From: Gammaproteobacteria bacterium
GTDB lineage: Bacteria; Pseudomonadota; Gammaproteobacteria; Magnimaribacterales; D2472
Assembly (NCBI GenBank): GCA_045564015.1
Contig: JBJLIB010000012.1
Location: forward strand, 53,227-117,226
Direction of reading: 5' to 3'
DNA: 64,000 bases
In this document: positions 52,608 through 62,348 of the stretch, piece after piece
Numbering within the stretch: position 1 is the stretch's first letter
Layout: every line of letters starts with the position of its first letter
Notes under the pieces: model-generated
Databases searched by the model: none
Seen by the model: the letters and a program-made list of their open reading frames with translations, nothing else
Told to the model about the DNA's origin: nothing
Program-made: the position numbers and the translations under genes

Positions 52608-54929
52608 TTGTTGAAATTTAAAGGACCAAAACATAACTCTACCAAGAAGTTTGTATTTCTCCTGGGTTTATTTTCAGCTATGCAAGCAAGCGCAGCCTCA
52701 CTTGATCAATTAAACTCACTAACGCAGGAGCAATTTCAAGGTTGCGCTAATGCAGCTTATCCAAAACTAATTAATAAATTTGCATCTGATTCTATTGATG
52801 CTGGAACAATAGATATTCAATCAAACGGAGATATTTCACTTGATAATAATGTGTTGATTACCTTAAATGATGGGCAAATTCAGGCCTCTAGCGCTACTTA
52901 TCTTCAAAATCAGAACGTTGTTAAAGATATTAAGAATGGGGATATTTATCATTCTAATAATTATTTTAAATTTTTAAGCGGCTCTCTAGTAAAAGATTCT
53001 GGCGAGTTAGAACTTGATCATGGAAAAGCTTACTTAAGAGATAGAAATTTATTAATTGACTATCAATCCTTGACTGGTAATTTAGGCCAAAACCTTATAT
53101 TTAAAAATGCTAGTCTTAGCTCTTGCAATGATGTCTCAGTGGGCTGGGAAATCAAGGCTAAGTCTATCAATATAAATGAAGAGACAGATCGTGGTTACAT
53201 TGAGGATCTAAGTCTTAAAGTGCTTGATAGAACAATTTTAAAACTCCCTTATTTACCCTTCCCGGCAACAACCAATAGGTTAAGTGGCTTCCTAGAACCT
53301 GAACTAAGCCTTACATCTGATGGAGCTGATCTTTTTGTACCCTACTTTTGGGTGCTATCTGATACATCTGATCTCACGATTGCTCCAAGAGCTCTAAAAG
53401 ATAGAGGTATAGGTTTTGAAGGAAATTATAGATATTTAACTAAATCAAATTCAGGTGCAGTAAATTATTTAGATTTGCTATTTTTTCCAAAAGATAAAGA
53501 ATTCAAAAAAGACCATGATCGAGATGACAATGAAAGATGGGCATTTCGAATAAAAGAAAATAGAAGTTTTACCAATATTGAAACTTCTATTGATTGGGCT
53601 AAATCATCTGACTCAATGGTGTTGCTTGATTTACCTTCTAGTCTGACAAACATAGCCAATCAAAGAGATCATTATCTGACGCAATCTGTATCAATGAGTA
53701 TGCTGGTTAACAATTTGTCACTTAGCATTATGAGAGAAGGTTTTCAAAGCTTGAATCCATTTATAACTAATGGGTATATTAAAAAGCCCGAATTAAATCT
53801 GGAGTATAAACAATATGGCTCTTCATTTTCATATTTTGCTAGAGCAAATTATGCAAACTTTGATATTAATAATAATCAGCATTTACCTTTTAATAACCAA
53901 AGAATTCATCAGAGTGGAAAAAGGTTCATCACAGAAATTGGAGCAGAAACTCTTCATGGCTTTCAGTATTTTGACGTATCAATAGATGGATTATTTTTAC
54001 ATAAAAAATATAACCTTGATGATAAAGAAATAAATACCCAATCTACTTCAATCCCTTCAATTAAAATCAAAATTTCATCTTTATTAAGAAGCTCATCTAT
54101 AGGTAGCTTCTCATTGCTGATGCCTGAGTTTATATATCAAAAAACAAATTATAAAGATCAATCCATGGATCCTATTTTTGACCTTCACCAACGCAATCTT
54201 GGAAACTTTAATAGACTTAATACAAGATATTTTTTTGGTAAAGATAGAGTGCCTGATACTGAGTTTTTACTTGCAAGATTAAAGTGGCAAAAAAGAATAA
54301 AAAATAACTCAGCAATAAATTTCCAGATAATCAAAAAAAATGAATTGAAAGAAAGTCAGGTCATTAATTCAATGTTGGACAAGCCCATTGGAAAAGATAG
54401 CCAAATTGGCACGCATCTATCATTTGAAAATCAGATTCTTCGAGCATTTGTTAAGGCTAACTACTCCCAGAAAAGAAATACACTCAATTTTGGTCAAACA
54501 GGAGTAGACATTCAGCTTCCGGAAACACGTTTAACATTTTCAAGAAACTTTCAAAGCAATATTCCTCTATTGCATACTGTAAGTGAATTAGACTATGCAG
54601 AATTTTCAATTGAAAGAATAATGCCTGGAGGTTATAAATTCATTGGTGGAATAAGCAAGGATTTAGATTCAAAGAAAAATTTAGAGAGTTATTTTGGTTT
54701 TGGATATGAGAACTGCTGTATAGCCTTTAAAATTTATGCATCAGATAAAAGATTGTCTAAATATAATCTTCTTAATTTTAAGTCTATGCAATTTGATGAT
54801 GCAAGTTGGGATAAAATGATTTCTATCGAAAACAAAAGTAGAATAAATTTTGAGTTTGAGCTCAAGGGACTGACGGGAGGAAACAAAAGGATTAATCAGT
54901 TTTTCTCTAATGCTTTTTCGAACCTTTGA
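52608..54929 (+). CDS. lptD: LPS assembly outer-membrane protein LptD (divergent; start uncertain)
   Basis: SSC.....WEIKA..I, LPYLPFP....RLSGFL.P, VPYFW, DLTIAP, YENCC, FELKGL; upstream of surA. Confidence 0.88.
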   Translation: MLKFKGPKHNSTKKFVFLLGLFSAMQASAASLDQLNSLTQEQFQGCANAAYPKLINKFASDSIDAGTIDIQSNGDISLDNNVLITLNDGQIQASSATYLQNQNVVKDIKNGDIYHSNNYFKFLSGSLVKDSGELELDHGKAYLRDRNLLIDYQSLTGNLGQNLIFKNASLSSCNDVSVGWEIKAKSININEETDRGYIEDLSLKVLDRTILKLPYLPFPATTNRLSGFLEPELSLTSDGADLFVPYFWVLSDTSDLTIAPRALKDRGIGFEGNYRYLTKSNSGAVNYLDLLFFPKDKEFKKDHDRDDNERWAFRIKENRSFTNIETSIDWAKSSDSMVLLDLPSSLTNIANQRDHYLTQSVSMSMLVNNLSLSIMREGFQSLNPFITNGYIKKPELNLEYKQYGSSFSYFARANYANFDINNNQHLPFNNQRIHQSGKRFITEIGAETLHGFQYFDVSIDGLFLHKKYNLDDKEINTQSTSIPSIKIKISSLLRSSSIGSFSLLMPEFIYQKTNYKDQSMDPIFDLHQRNLGNFNRLNTRYFFGKDRVPDTEFLLARLKWQKRIKNNSAINFQIIKKNELKESQVINSMLDKPIGKDSQIGTHLSFENQILRAFVKANYSQKRNTLNFGQTGVDIQLPETRLTFSRNFQSNIPLLHTVSELDYAEFSIERIMPGGYKFIGGISKDLDSKKNLESYFGFGYENCCIAFKIYASDKRLSKYNLLNFKSMQFDDASWDKMISIENKSRINFEFELKGLTGGNKRINQFFSNAFSNL

Positions 54930-55005
54930 TGAAATAAAGTGTCTTAGCTAGTAGAAAATATTCTTTTTGTTCAATACCTCTGCAAACATTTAATTAAGTA
55001 CAATA

Positions 55006-56256
55006 ATGATTATGAAAAAAAATATATACATAGCCCTGACGATCCTGCTGACTCTTCCAGTGAGCGCCAAAATTGAAGTTTTGGATAGGGTTGCAATTAT
55101 TGTAGGGGAAGGAGTTGTCCTCGAATCACAAGTTAATAACATGCTTGAAAATATTAAAACAAGATATCAAGAGCAAGGTGCTCCAATGCCACCTCAAGAG
55201 GTGATGTTAGAACAAGTGCAAGAGCGACTAATTATTGAAGAACTGCAATTACAAATGGGAAGACAGGCTGGAATTAGAGTTGGTGATGGAGAATTAAATC
55301 AAGCATTTGAAAATATTGCGCAAAGTAATGGATTGTCTCTTGAAAGATTTATTGAAACGCTTGAAGCAGAGGGTGAATCTTATGAGGAACTAAGATCACA
55401 AGTCAGAAAAGAGATGATTATTCAGAGAGTTCAAAGAGGTAAAGTGGGAAGAGAGGTGGATATTACTGAACAAGAATTAGATGGCTTCTTAGCTACTGAA
55501 GGGGCTGTTAAAGAGCTATCTCCTGAATTATTTGTGCGTCAAATTCTTGTTTCAGATCAAAACAAAGCTAACTCATTACTAATGGACATAGAGAATGGTG
55601 CAGATTTTGCAAATCTAGCGAAAGAAAATTCGACAAGCAGCAATGCCTCATCTGGCGGTGAAATGGGTTGGAGAAATCTTGCTGATCTGCCAAGTCTATT
55701 TGCAGATGCTCTTAAAAATAAGAAAAAAGGATACATCTCTCCTCCATTAAAGGGTGGCTCAGGTTACTTCATACTAAAACTTGAAGATAAACGAGGAGAT
55801 CTTGTCCGTTTTGAAGATCAATGGAATGTCCGCCATATATTAATGATGACAACAAAACTAAGAGACGAAACTTTTACAAAAAAAGAACTAGAAGAAGTGA
55901 GAGCAAGGGTTGTAGGTGGAGAGGATTTTAGTTTGTTAGCTAAAGAATATTCTGAAGATCCAGGTTCAGCTAGCCGAGGTGGTGATTTGGATTGGCTTAG
56001 CCTAGGTAAAACTGCTCCAGCTTTTGAAAAAATGATGATTGAATCTCCAGTCAATGAAATCTCCCCTGTTTTTGAATCCGAATTTGGCTTTCATTTTCTT
56101 CAGGTACTAGAGACTAGAACGGAAGACTTAACTGAAGAAGTTATTAAAGACAGAGCCTATGGCATTTTGTTTGCAAGAAAATTTGATGAAGAACTAGAAA
56201 ATTCTCTTCGTACTACAAGAGCTGAAGCATTTATAGAATTTAAAGAGCTAGATTGA
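55006..56256 (+). CDS. surA: Periplasmic chaperone/PPIase SurA (start may be ATG 55012)
   Basis: LDRVAIIV..GVVLES, two parvulin domains (FANLAK..S, RHIL, SEDPGSASRGGDLDW, SEFGFH). Confidence 0.95.
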   Translation: MIMKKNIYIALTILLTLPVSAKIEVLDRVAIIVGEGVVLESQVNNMLENIKTRYQEQGAPMPPQEVMLEQVQERLIIEELQLQMGRQAGIRVGDGELNQAFENIAQSNGLSLERFIETLEAEGESYEELRSQVRKEMIIQRVQRGKVGREVDITEQELDGFLATEGAVKELSPELFVRQILVSDQNKANSLLMDIENGADFANLAKENSTSSNASSGGEMGWRNLADLPSLFADALKNKKKGYISPPLKGGSGYFILKLEDKRGDLVRFEDQWNVRHILMMTTKLRDETFTKKELEEVRARVVGGEDFSLLAKEYSEDPGSASRGGDLDWLSLGKTAPAFEKMMIESPVNEISPVFESEFGFHFLQVLETRTEDLTEEVIKDRAYGILFARKFDEELENSLRTTRAEAFIEFKELD

Positions 56257-57236
56257 AGCGACTCCTCTACTCTCATGGTGAGCCAGCAGGAATAGGTATT
56301 GATTTAATTCTTTACCTATCAAAATCAAAATTCTGGCAAGGCATGGAGTCCCCTCTAGTCTGTATTGTTGATATAGATTTATTAGAATCAAGGTCTAAGA
56401 TTCTAAACCTAAATATCAATTTTACTGAAATTCAAAGCTTGAAAGCAGCAAAGGAAAATAGACTAGGTACAGTGCAATTCATTCAAGCTGGAAAATGCAA
56501 AGATTTATCACCTGGCACTCTAAACCCAAAAAATTCAAAATATATTTTAGATAATCTCAATTTTGGAATTGCGCAGAGCCTAAAAAATAAAAAAGTTGGC
56601 TTGGTCACAGGGCCAATCCAAAAAAGCAATATTATTGATGGAGGATTTAAAAGTTTCCAAGGTCATACCGAGTGGATTAAAAAGAAAACACGGTCCAATC
56701 ATGTGGTCATGCTTCTCTCTTCAAAAAAAATTAAAGTTGCGCTTGCAACCACTCATATTCCATTAACAGAAGTTCCAAAAAATATTAAGAAATCAAAATT
56801 GGTTGAGATAATCAAAATCTTGCATTTGGGCTTAAAAACAAAATTTAAAATTAAGCACCCAGCAATAACTGTACTTGGATTAAACCCTCATGCTGGTGAG
56901 GATGGAAAAATGGGGGCAGAAGAGATCAAAATAATTAATCCAGCAGTTCAAATTTGCAGAGATATGGGTATAAATGCGTCATATGCAATTTCAGCTGATA
57001 CAGCCTTTAATAAAAAAAAATTAAATACAACTGATGCATACCTTGCAATGTATCATGATCAAGCCCTACCAGTTTTAAAAGCCTTAAGTTTTGGCGAAGC
57101 GGTAAATATCACACTAGGAACATCAATTGTAAGAACATCTGTAGATCACGGAACAGCATTAGATATTGCTGGAAAAATGAAGCCAAATCTTGGATCAATC
57201 AAAGAGGCAATTAAATCAGCAGAAATTCAGCTTTAA
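56253..57236 (+). CDS. pdxA: 4-hydroxythreonine-4-phosphate dehydrogenase (TTG start)
   Basis: GEPAGIG, VTGPIQK, GHTE, GLNPHAGE, AMYHDQ, RTSVDHGTA. Confidence 0.96.
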   Translation: MKRLLYSHGEPAGIGIDLILYLSKSKFWQGMESPLVCIVDIDLLESRSKILNLNINFTEIQSLKAAKENRLGTVQFIQAGKCKDLSPGTLNPKNSKYILDNLNFGIAQSLKNKKVGLVTGPIQKSNIIDGGFKSFQGHTEWIKKKTRSNHVVMLLSSKKIKVALATTHIPLTEVPKNIKKSKLVEIIKILHLGLKTKFKIKHPAITVLGLNPHAGEDGKMGAEEIKIINPAVQICRDMGINASYAISADTAFNKKKLNTTDAYLAMYHDQALPVLKALSFGEAVNITLGTSIVRTSVDHGTALDIAGKMKPNLGSIKEAIKSAEIQL

Positions 57237-58003
57237 TGAATGATAGAGCACATAGACGAAGGTTGGGTCAAAACTATCTGATTGATCCAGTTATTTTATT
57301 TGAAATAGAAAGAGCAATCAGCCCTCAAAAAAATAATCTTTTTTTCGAGATTGGCCCTGGAACAGGCGCCCTAACCGATCACTTGATGGGTCACAATAGA
57401 AAAATAATAGCTATGGATCTTGATCAAAAAAATATCATCGCCCTCTCAGAAAGATTCGCAAAAACTGAGCATGAATTTATTCACGGTGACGTGCTAAAAG
57501 AGCCTCTAGAATTTTTACACAAAACCAAGCATAGAGTCGTTGGGAATCTTCCATACAATATTTCTACACAAATAATTCTTAAGTTAATCAATTACTTGAA
57601 TGGAATTGAAGATATGCATTTTTTAGTCCAAAAGGAAGTGGCGCAAAGGATCTGTGCTTCAAATCAATTTGGGGATTGGGGCAGGCTTGGGGTAAAAATT
57701 GCTGCATTGTTTGAAACAGCTATTTTGTTTGATGTCCCCCCTGAATCCTTTGATATTAGACCCAAAGTTCAATCGTCATTTATCAGGCTCATCCCACGAG
57801 CTAATCCAATGATTGCTCTAAATAAATTTTTAGGGTTTTCAAATTTAGTTGACCAATCTTTTGCTAATAAAAGAAAAGGAATTAAAAATAATCTTAAAAA
57901 ATTAGAAATTGATTTTGAAAAGCTGAAGATTAATCCGCTTGCAAGAGCAGAGGAATTATCTATTGAAGATTTTATTTCAGTTTTTCAAACCATAGATATA
58001 TAG
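57236..58003 (+). CDS. rsmA: 16S rRNA dimethyladenosine transferase
   Basis: LGQNYL, EIGPGTGALT, VGNLPYNIST, QKEVA, RAEELS. Confidence 0.96.
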   Translation: MNDRAHRRRLGQNYLIDPVILFEIERAISPQKNNLFFEIGPGTGALTDHLMGHNRKIIAMDLDQKNIIALSERFAKTEHEFIHGDVLKEPLEFLHKTKHRVVGNLPYNISTQIILKLINYLNGIEDMHFLVQKEVAQRICASNQFGDWGRLGVKIAALFETAILFDVPPESFDIRPKVQSSFIRLIPRANPMIALNKFLGFSNLVDQSFANKRKGIKNNLKKLEIDFEKLKINPLARAEELSIEDFISVFQTIDI

Positions 58004-58807
58004 ATGAGCACATATGTAATTGGGGATGTACACGGCTGTTTTGATCAGTTGATTAACTTATTAGATAAAATTGATTACGACTCCCAAAAGGACAAAATTA
58101 TCCTAACGGGAGATCTAGTGAACAGGGGCCCGGAATCTCTTGCGGTTTTAAATTACTGCATGGCAGATAAAAATATTACCTCTGTATTGGGTAATCATGA
58201 TCTCTATTTACTTTACTTGATGAGCATCAATCAAGGTAAAGGTGAGTTAAAGCCAGTGGTTGATGCGGAAAATAATATGCAAATTTTTGAATGGCTCATC
58301 ACACGCCCTTTGCTCATTCAAATTTCTGATCAATCTAATCAAAATAAATTTGCTATTACGCATGCGGGGATTCCCGAAATTTGGCCTATAGAAAAAGCAT
58401 GTGAACTGGCAGAAGAAGTTTCAATGGCGCTGACTGAAAATGCATCTAAAATACTCCGGACCATGTGGGGAGATGACCCAAATACCTGGAATGAATCGTT
58501 GGTTGGCAATGATAGGTATCGAGTTATTATTAACTACTTAACTAGAATGAGATTTCTAGGCAATGCCGCAAGTCTGGACTTAAAGAATACAAGTGCAAAA
58601 GCCAGAGAAGGTTTTAAACCTTGGTTTAATTATGATTCTAAATCCTATCAAAGAATGAACCAATATTATGTATTTGGTCATTGGGCATCTTTAACTGGTC
58701 AAACCAATAACCCTCACTTTATTGGTTTAGATACTGGGTGCGTTTGGAAAGACAGGCTTACAGCCCTAAGGATTGATGATTTAGAAAAAATTTCGGTACA
58801 GTATTAG
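58004..58807 (+). CDS. apaH: Symmetrical diadenosine tetraphosphatase
   Basis: IGDVHGC, GDLVNRGPES, LGNHD, HAGI, TRMR, FGHWA, LDTGCVW. Confidence 0.95.
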   Translation: MSTYVIGDVHGCFDQLINLLDKIDYDSQKDKIILTGDLVNRGPESLAVLNYCMADKNITSVLGNHDLYLLYLMSINQGKGELKPVVDAENNMQIFEWLITRPLLIQISDQSNQNKFAITHAGIPEIWPIEKACELAEEVSMALTENASKILRTMWGDDPNTWNESLVGNDRYRVIINYLTRMRFLGNAASLDLKNTSAKAREGFKPWFNYDSKSYQRMNQYYVFGHWASLTGQTNNPHFIGLDTGCVWKDRLTALRIDDLEKISVQY

Positions 58808-58808
58808 C

Positions 58809-59825
58809 ATGAAAGTTTTTCAAGTTGGCGGGTCAGTAAGAGACGAGTTGCTTGGGGCTGAACCCAAGGATCGTGATTGGGTTGTAGTAAATTCCAGCCC
58901 TGAAGAAATGGTAGCAAATGGTTTCAAACCAATAGGTAAAGATTTTCCAGTTTTTTTGCATCCAGAAACAAATGAGGAATATGCCTTGGCTAGAACTGAA
59001 AGAAAGTCTGGTGTTGGTTATAAAGGTTTTGAATTTTATTTTGATTCAAGCGTCACTCTTGAAGACGATTTAAAGCGAAGAGATTTCACAATTAATTCAA
59101 TAGCCAAAGATGAGAATGGGAATATCATTGATCCTTTTGCAGGAAGGCTAGATTTACAGAACAAGAAATTCAAACACACCTCACCTGCTTTTGAAGAAGA
59201 TCCTCTTAGAGTCCTAAGGTTTGCAAGATTCAAAGCATATGAACGACTCCATGACTTTAATCTTCATGAGGAAACAGAGGTTTATTTTGAAAAGATTGTT
59301 GCTTCGAGCGAATTGAAAGACCTGTCACGGGAAAGAGTTTGGATGGAAACTAAAAAAGCTCTTGAAAACAAGTTTAGTAATGAATTTTTTAAGGCTGTAC
59401 TTGATTATCATTTAACCGATCCATGGTTTGTTGGCCTGAAGAGTATTTCTTGTGATGGAAATTTACCAGAACTTAAATGGGCTGATATGCAAAGAATAAA
59501 TAACTTTCAGTTGTGTGCATCATTGCCAACCCCTAACTCATTTCTAAGAATACAGGAATCTTTAAATCTAGTGATGGATTTGATTGCCTGTGAGAACAAA
59601 TCAGAAAAATTGAAATTACTTGAAAAGATAAACGTGCATCGTAATTATGAAATATTGATGCACTTCAAACAATATGATTCTTTGGAGGAGCATTGGAGCT
59701 ACTTAGAGAAAATATTTAAATTGGTGATGACAATAGACTTTTCAGTATTGGCAAGTGTTGACGCATCTAAAGTTTCGCATCAAAAACAATTGCTTTATTA
59801 TGAAGCCTTACAAGAGAGCATATGA
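58809..59825 (+). CDS. cca: tRNA nucleotidyltransferase (CCA-adding), short form
   Basis: VGGSVRDELLG...DRDWVV, GKDFPVFLHP, EYALARTERK, DLKRRDFTIN, EDPLRVLR; no HD-domain motif seen. Confidence 0.9.
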   Translation: MKVFQVGGSVRDELLGAEPKDRDWVVVNSSPEEMVANGFKPIGKDFPVFLHPETNEEYALARTERKSGVGYKGFEFYFDSSVTLEDDLKRRDFTINSIAKDENGNIIDPFAGRLDLQNKKFKHTSPAFEEDPLRVLRFARFKAYERLHDFNLHEETEVYFEKIVASSELKDLSRERVWMETKKALENKFSNEFFKAVLDYHLTDPWFVGLKSISCDGNLPELKWADMQRINNFQLCASLPTPNSFLRIQESLNLVMDLIACENKSEKLKLLEKINVHRNYEILMHFKQYDSLEEHWSYLEKIFKLVMTIDFSVLASVDASKVSHQKQLLYYEALQESI

Positions 59826-60547
59826 ACAAAACAATTCTTATTACTGGAGCAGCAAAAAGGATAGGCAAGGAGATGGCCTTATCATTTTTCAATAAAGGTT
59901 GGGATATTGTGATTCACTACAATGGCTCAAAAGAAGAGGCTGAAGCTCTGGCAGATAAAATGAATTCTGAAAGAAGCAATAGCGCAATGATTGCTCAAGC
60001 AAATCTTGACAATGCTGATGAAGTTACAAAATTAGTTGATAAAACACTTTCAAAAAATTCTCGTATTGATGCATTGATTAACAATGCCTCAACCTTCTAC
60101 CCTACCCCAATTGGAACCTTCTCTGAAGAAAGTTGGAATGCTCTCATGGGAAGTAATTTAAAAGCGCCGCTCTTTTTAATTCAGGCATTTCATAAAGAGC
60201 TAGAAAAGAATAAAGGTTTTATTATTAACATCACTGATATTAATGTTGATAAAGCTTTGGTCAATCATTCAATTTATCTTGCTGCCAAGTCTGGGTTACA
60301 AACTCTCACAAAATCCCTAGCAAAAGAATTAGCTCCCAGCATTAGAGTCAATGCAATAGCTCCCGGCGCCATCCTAGAGCCACCCAATGTAGAATGGACA
60401 ACAGAGCAGAAAAATAACATTATTAATGCTGTTCCAATGAAGAGAATGGGAACTGAAAAAGATATTGTAGATGCCGCAATATATTTATCTGAAGCAGAAT
60501 ATGTGACGGGTCAGATATTAAATATAGATGGAGGAAAATCTCTCTAA
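59822..60547 (+). CDS. Pteridine reductase (FolM/PTR1-like SDR)
   Basis: TGAAKRIG, IHYNGS, NNASTFYPTP, NLKAP, YLAAK, VNAIAPG. Confidence 0.88.
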   Translation: MNKTILITGAAKRIGKEMALSFFNKGWDIVIHYNGSKEEAEALADKMNSERSNSAMIAQANLDNADEVTKLVDKTLSKNSRIDALINNASTFYPTPIGTFSEESWNALMGSNLKAPLFLIQAFHKELEKNKGFIINITDINVDKALVNHSIYLAAKSGLQTLTKSLAKELAPSIRVNAIAPGAILEPPNVEWTTEQKNNIINAVPMKRMGTEKDIVDAAIYLSEAEYVTGQILNIDGGKSL

Positions 60548-61620
60548 TGAATGACTCTAATTCAAATAATCCAGATGGTAATGTAATTTTTTCAGGAACT
60601 AAGGAAGTTGCCGAGAACCTTAAGTTTAACGAAGCAGGCTTGCAAGAATGGTTTGGAGACAGCATTTCCTCAGCAGGAAAAATTTTAAAGATTGCGCAAT
60701 TTAAAGGCGGCCAATCAAATCCAACATACAAAATTACTACTGAAAAACAGCAATTTGTTCTGCGCAGAAAACCACCGGGTATCTTATTGCCATCTGCCCA
60801 TGCTGTAGATAGAGAATACAAGGTGATGACTGCTCTTCAACAAACCGAAGTTCCAGTGCCAAAAACTTATGGACTGTGTGAAGATGAAGACGTAATAGGA
60901 ACTCCGTTTTTTGTAATGGATTTTCTCGATGGCAATATTTACTGGGACTTGTTATTAGGTGATAAATCGCCAGCTGAAAGATCTGATATTTATGCAAGTA
61001 AAAACAATGTAATTGCTCAACTTCACATGGTTGATTATGAATCAGTGGGATTATCTGATTATGGTAAACCTGGTAATTATATTGCAAGACAGGTTTCTAG
61101 ATGGACCAAACAATACATAGCTTCAGAAACTCAGGACATCCCTGCAATGAACAAGCTGATAGATTGGCTGCCGTCGAATATTCCTGATGAAGATGAGACA
61201 TCAATTGTGCATGGAGATTATCGACTAGATAACATGGTTTTTAACGCAGCGAATAATGTTATGGGCGTTTTAGATTGGGAGCTTTCAACACTGGGACACC
61301 CTATTGCTGACTTTAATTATCATTGTATTAGCTGGAGAAATATTCCTGATCTAGCCAATGAAAAATTCTGCAATGAAAATGGCATTCCAACTGAAAAAGA
61401 ATACAGAAATATGTATTCTGAGATTACTGGTAAAAACCTTGATGAACATTGGGAGTTTTATACTATCTTTAACATCTTTAAACTTGCTGGAATATTGCAG
61501 GGAATCTTGGGAAGGGTTAGAGATGGAACTGCTGCAAGTAAGCATGCTGAAGATCGAGGCAATCAAGTGGCTCCTCTGGCTGAAGCAGCCTGGGACCTAG
61601 TAGAAAAGAACTATAAATAA
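60547..61620 (+). CDS. APH-family phosphotransferase, ACAD10/11 kinase-domain (LvaA-like)
   Basis: QFKGGQSNPTY, LRRKPPG.LLPSAHAVDREY, IGTPFFVM, VHGDYRLDN, VLDWELSTLGHP, GTAAS. Confidence 0.88.
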   Translation: MNDSNSNNPDGNVIFSGTKEVAENLKFNEAGLQEWFGDSISSAGKILKIAQFKGGQSNPTYKITTEKQQFVLRRKPPGILLPSAHAVDREYKVMTALQQTEVPVPKTYGLCEDEDVIGTPFFVMDFLDGNIYWDLLLGDKSPAERSDIYASKNNVIAQLHMVDYESVGLSDYGKPGNYIARQVSRWTKQYIASETQDIPAMNKLIDWLPSNIPDEDETSIVHGDYRLDNMVFNAANNVMGVLDWELSTLGHPIADFNYHCISWRNIPDLANEKFCNENGIPTEKEYRNMYSEITGKNLDEHWEFYTIFNIFKLAGILQGILGRVRDGTAASKHAEDRGNQVAPLAEAAWDLVEKNYK

Positions 61621-61622
61621 AC

Positions 61623-62000
61623 TCATAATAATTCTTCGAGCGGCTCAGAAACAAAACGATATTTAGCTATCTCATCGCTCTCAAAAAGTATCTCCTCATC
61701 ATCGTTAAGCTGCAATACAATATCTATATCAAGGGTTCTCGATGAAAATTTTTGAGCATTTCGATCTCTACCAGAGCTATCTTCAATAGCTTTTAGCTTC
61801 TTGTTAAGATTGTCAAAGGTAAGAGAAGATATCCCAGAAAAAATAAGATTCAAAAAATCATCACCATCAAAGCCCTCTGCTTGAGTTTTGTATACTGATG
61901 AGCACTCTGTTTCAGTAAGAATTTTATTCAATGCAGAAAGAGCCATCTCAAGATTTGATTCCGGATTAATATTACTTCCAAGGGAAAGATAGTACTTCAT
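61623..62000 (-). CDS. folK: 6-hydroxymethyl-7,8-dihydropterin pyrophosphokinase
   Basis: YLSLGSNI, SSVY.T, DFLN, RTLDIDI. Confidence 0.9.
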   Translation of the reverse strand: MKYYLSLGSNINPESNLEMALSALNKILTETECSSVYKTQAEGFDGDDFLNLIFSGISSLTFDNLNKKLKAIEDSSGRDRNAQKFSSRTLDIDIVLQLNDDEEILFESDEIAKYRFVSEPLEELL

Positions 62001-62347
62001 TATCTATGAATAATAACCCCGACATCCTCGGCATGCCTCAATGCACCTGGCTTAGAAACCCTTAGCTTAAGTGAATTAACTTTATATTTATTCTTTACGA
62101 GCTCGGCAATGCTTTCTGCCAAAGTTTCTTGCAGTTGAAATTCAGATTCTTCAACAAACTTAATAATTCCTTTGGTAATTTTTTTGTAATCAATAGTATC
62201 TTCAATAGCATCTGTTTTTGCAGCTCTCTTGCAATCGAATGCCATCTCTAAATCAATGCTTACTTCTTGGCGAACCTCTCGCTCCCAACCAAATATTCCT
62301 ATAATGGCTTGAACTCTGAGATCTTTAATATAAATGATATCTTGCAT
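62000..62347 (-). CDS. folB: Dihydroneopterin aldolase
   Basis: DIIYIKDL....IIGIFGWERE.RQ, IDY, ETLAE, KPGAL..A.DVGV. Confidence 0.94.
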   Translation of the reverse strand: MQDIIYIKDLRVQAIIGIFGWEREVRQEVSIDLEMAFDCKRAAKTDAIEDTIDYKKITKGIIKFVEESEFQLQETLAESIAELVKNKYKVNSLKLRVSKPGALRHAEDVGVIIHR

Positions 62348-62348
62348 T

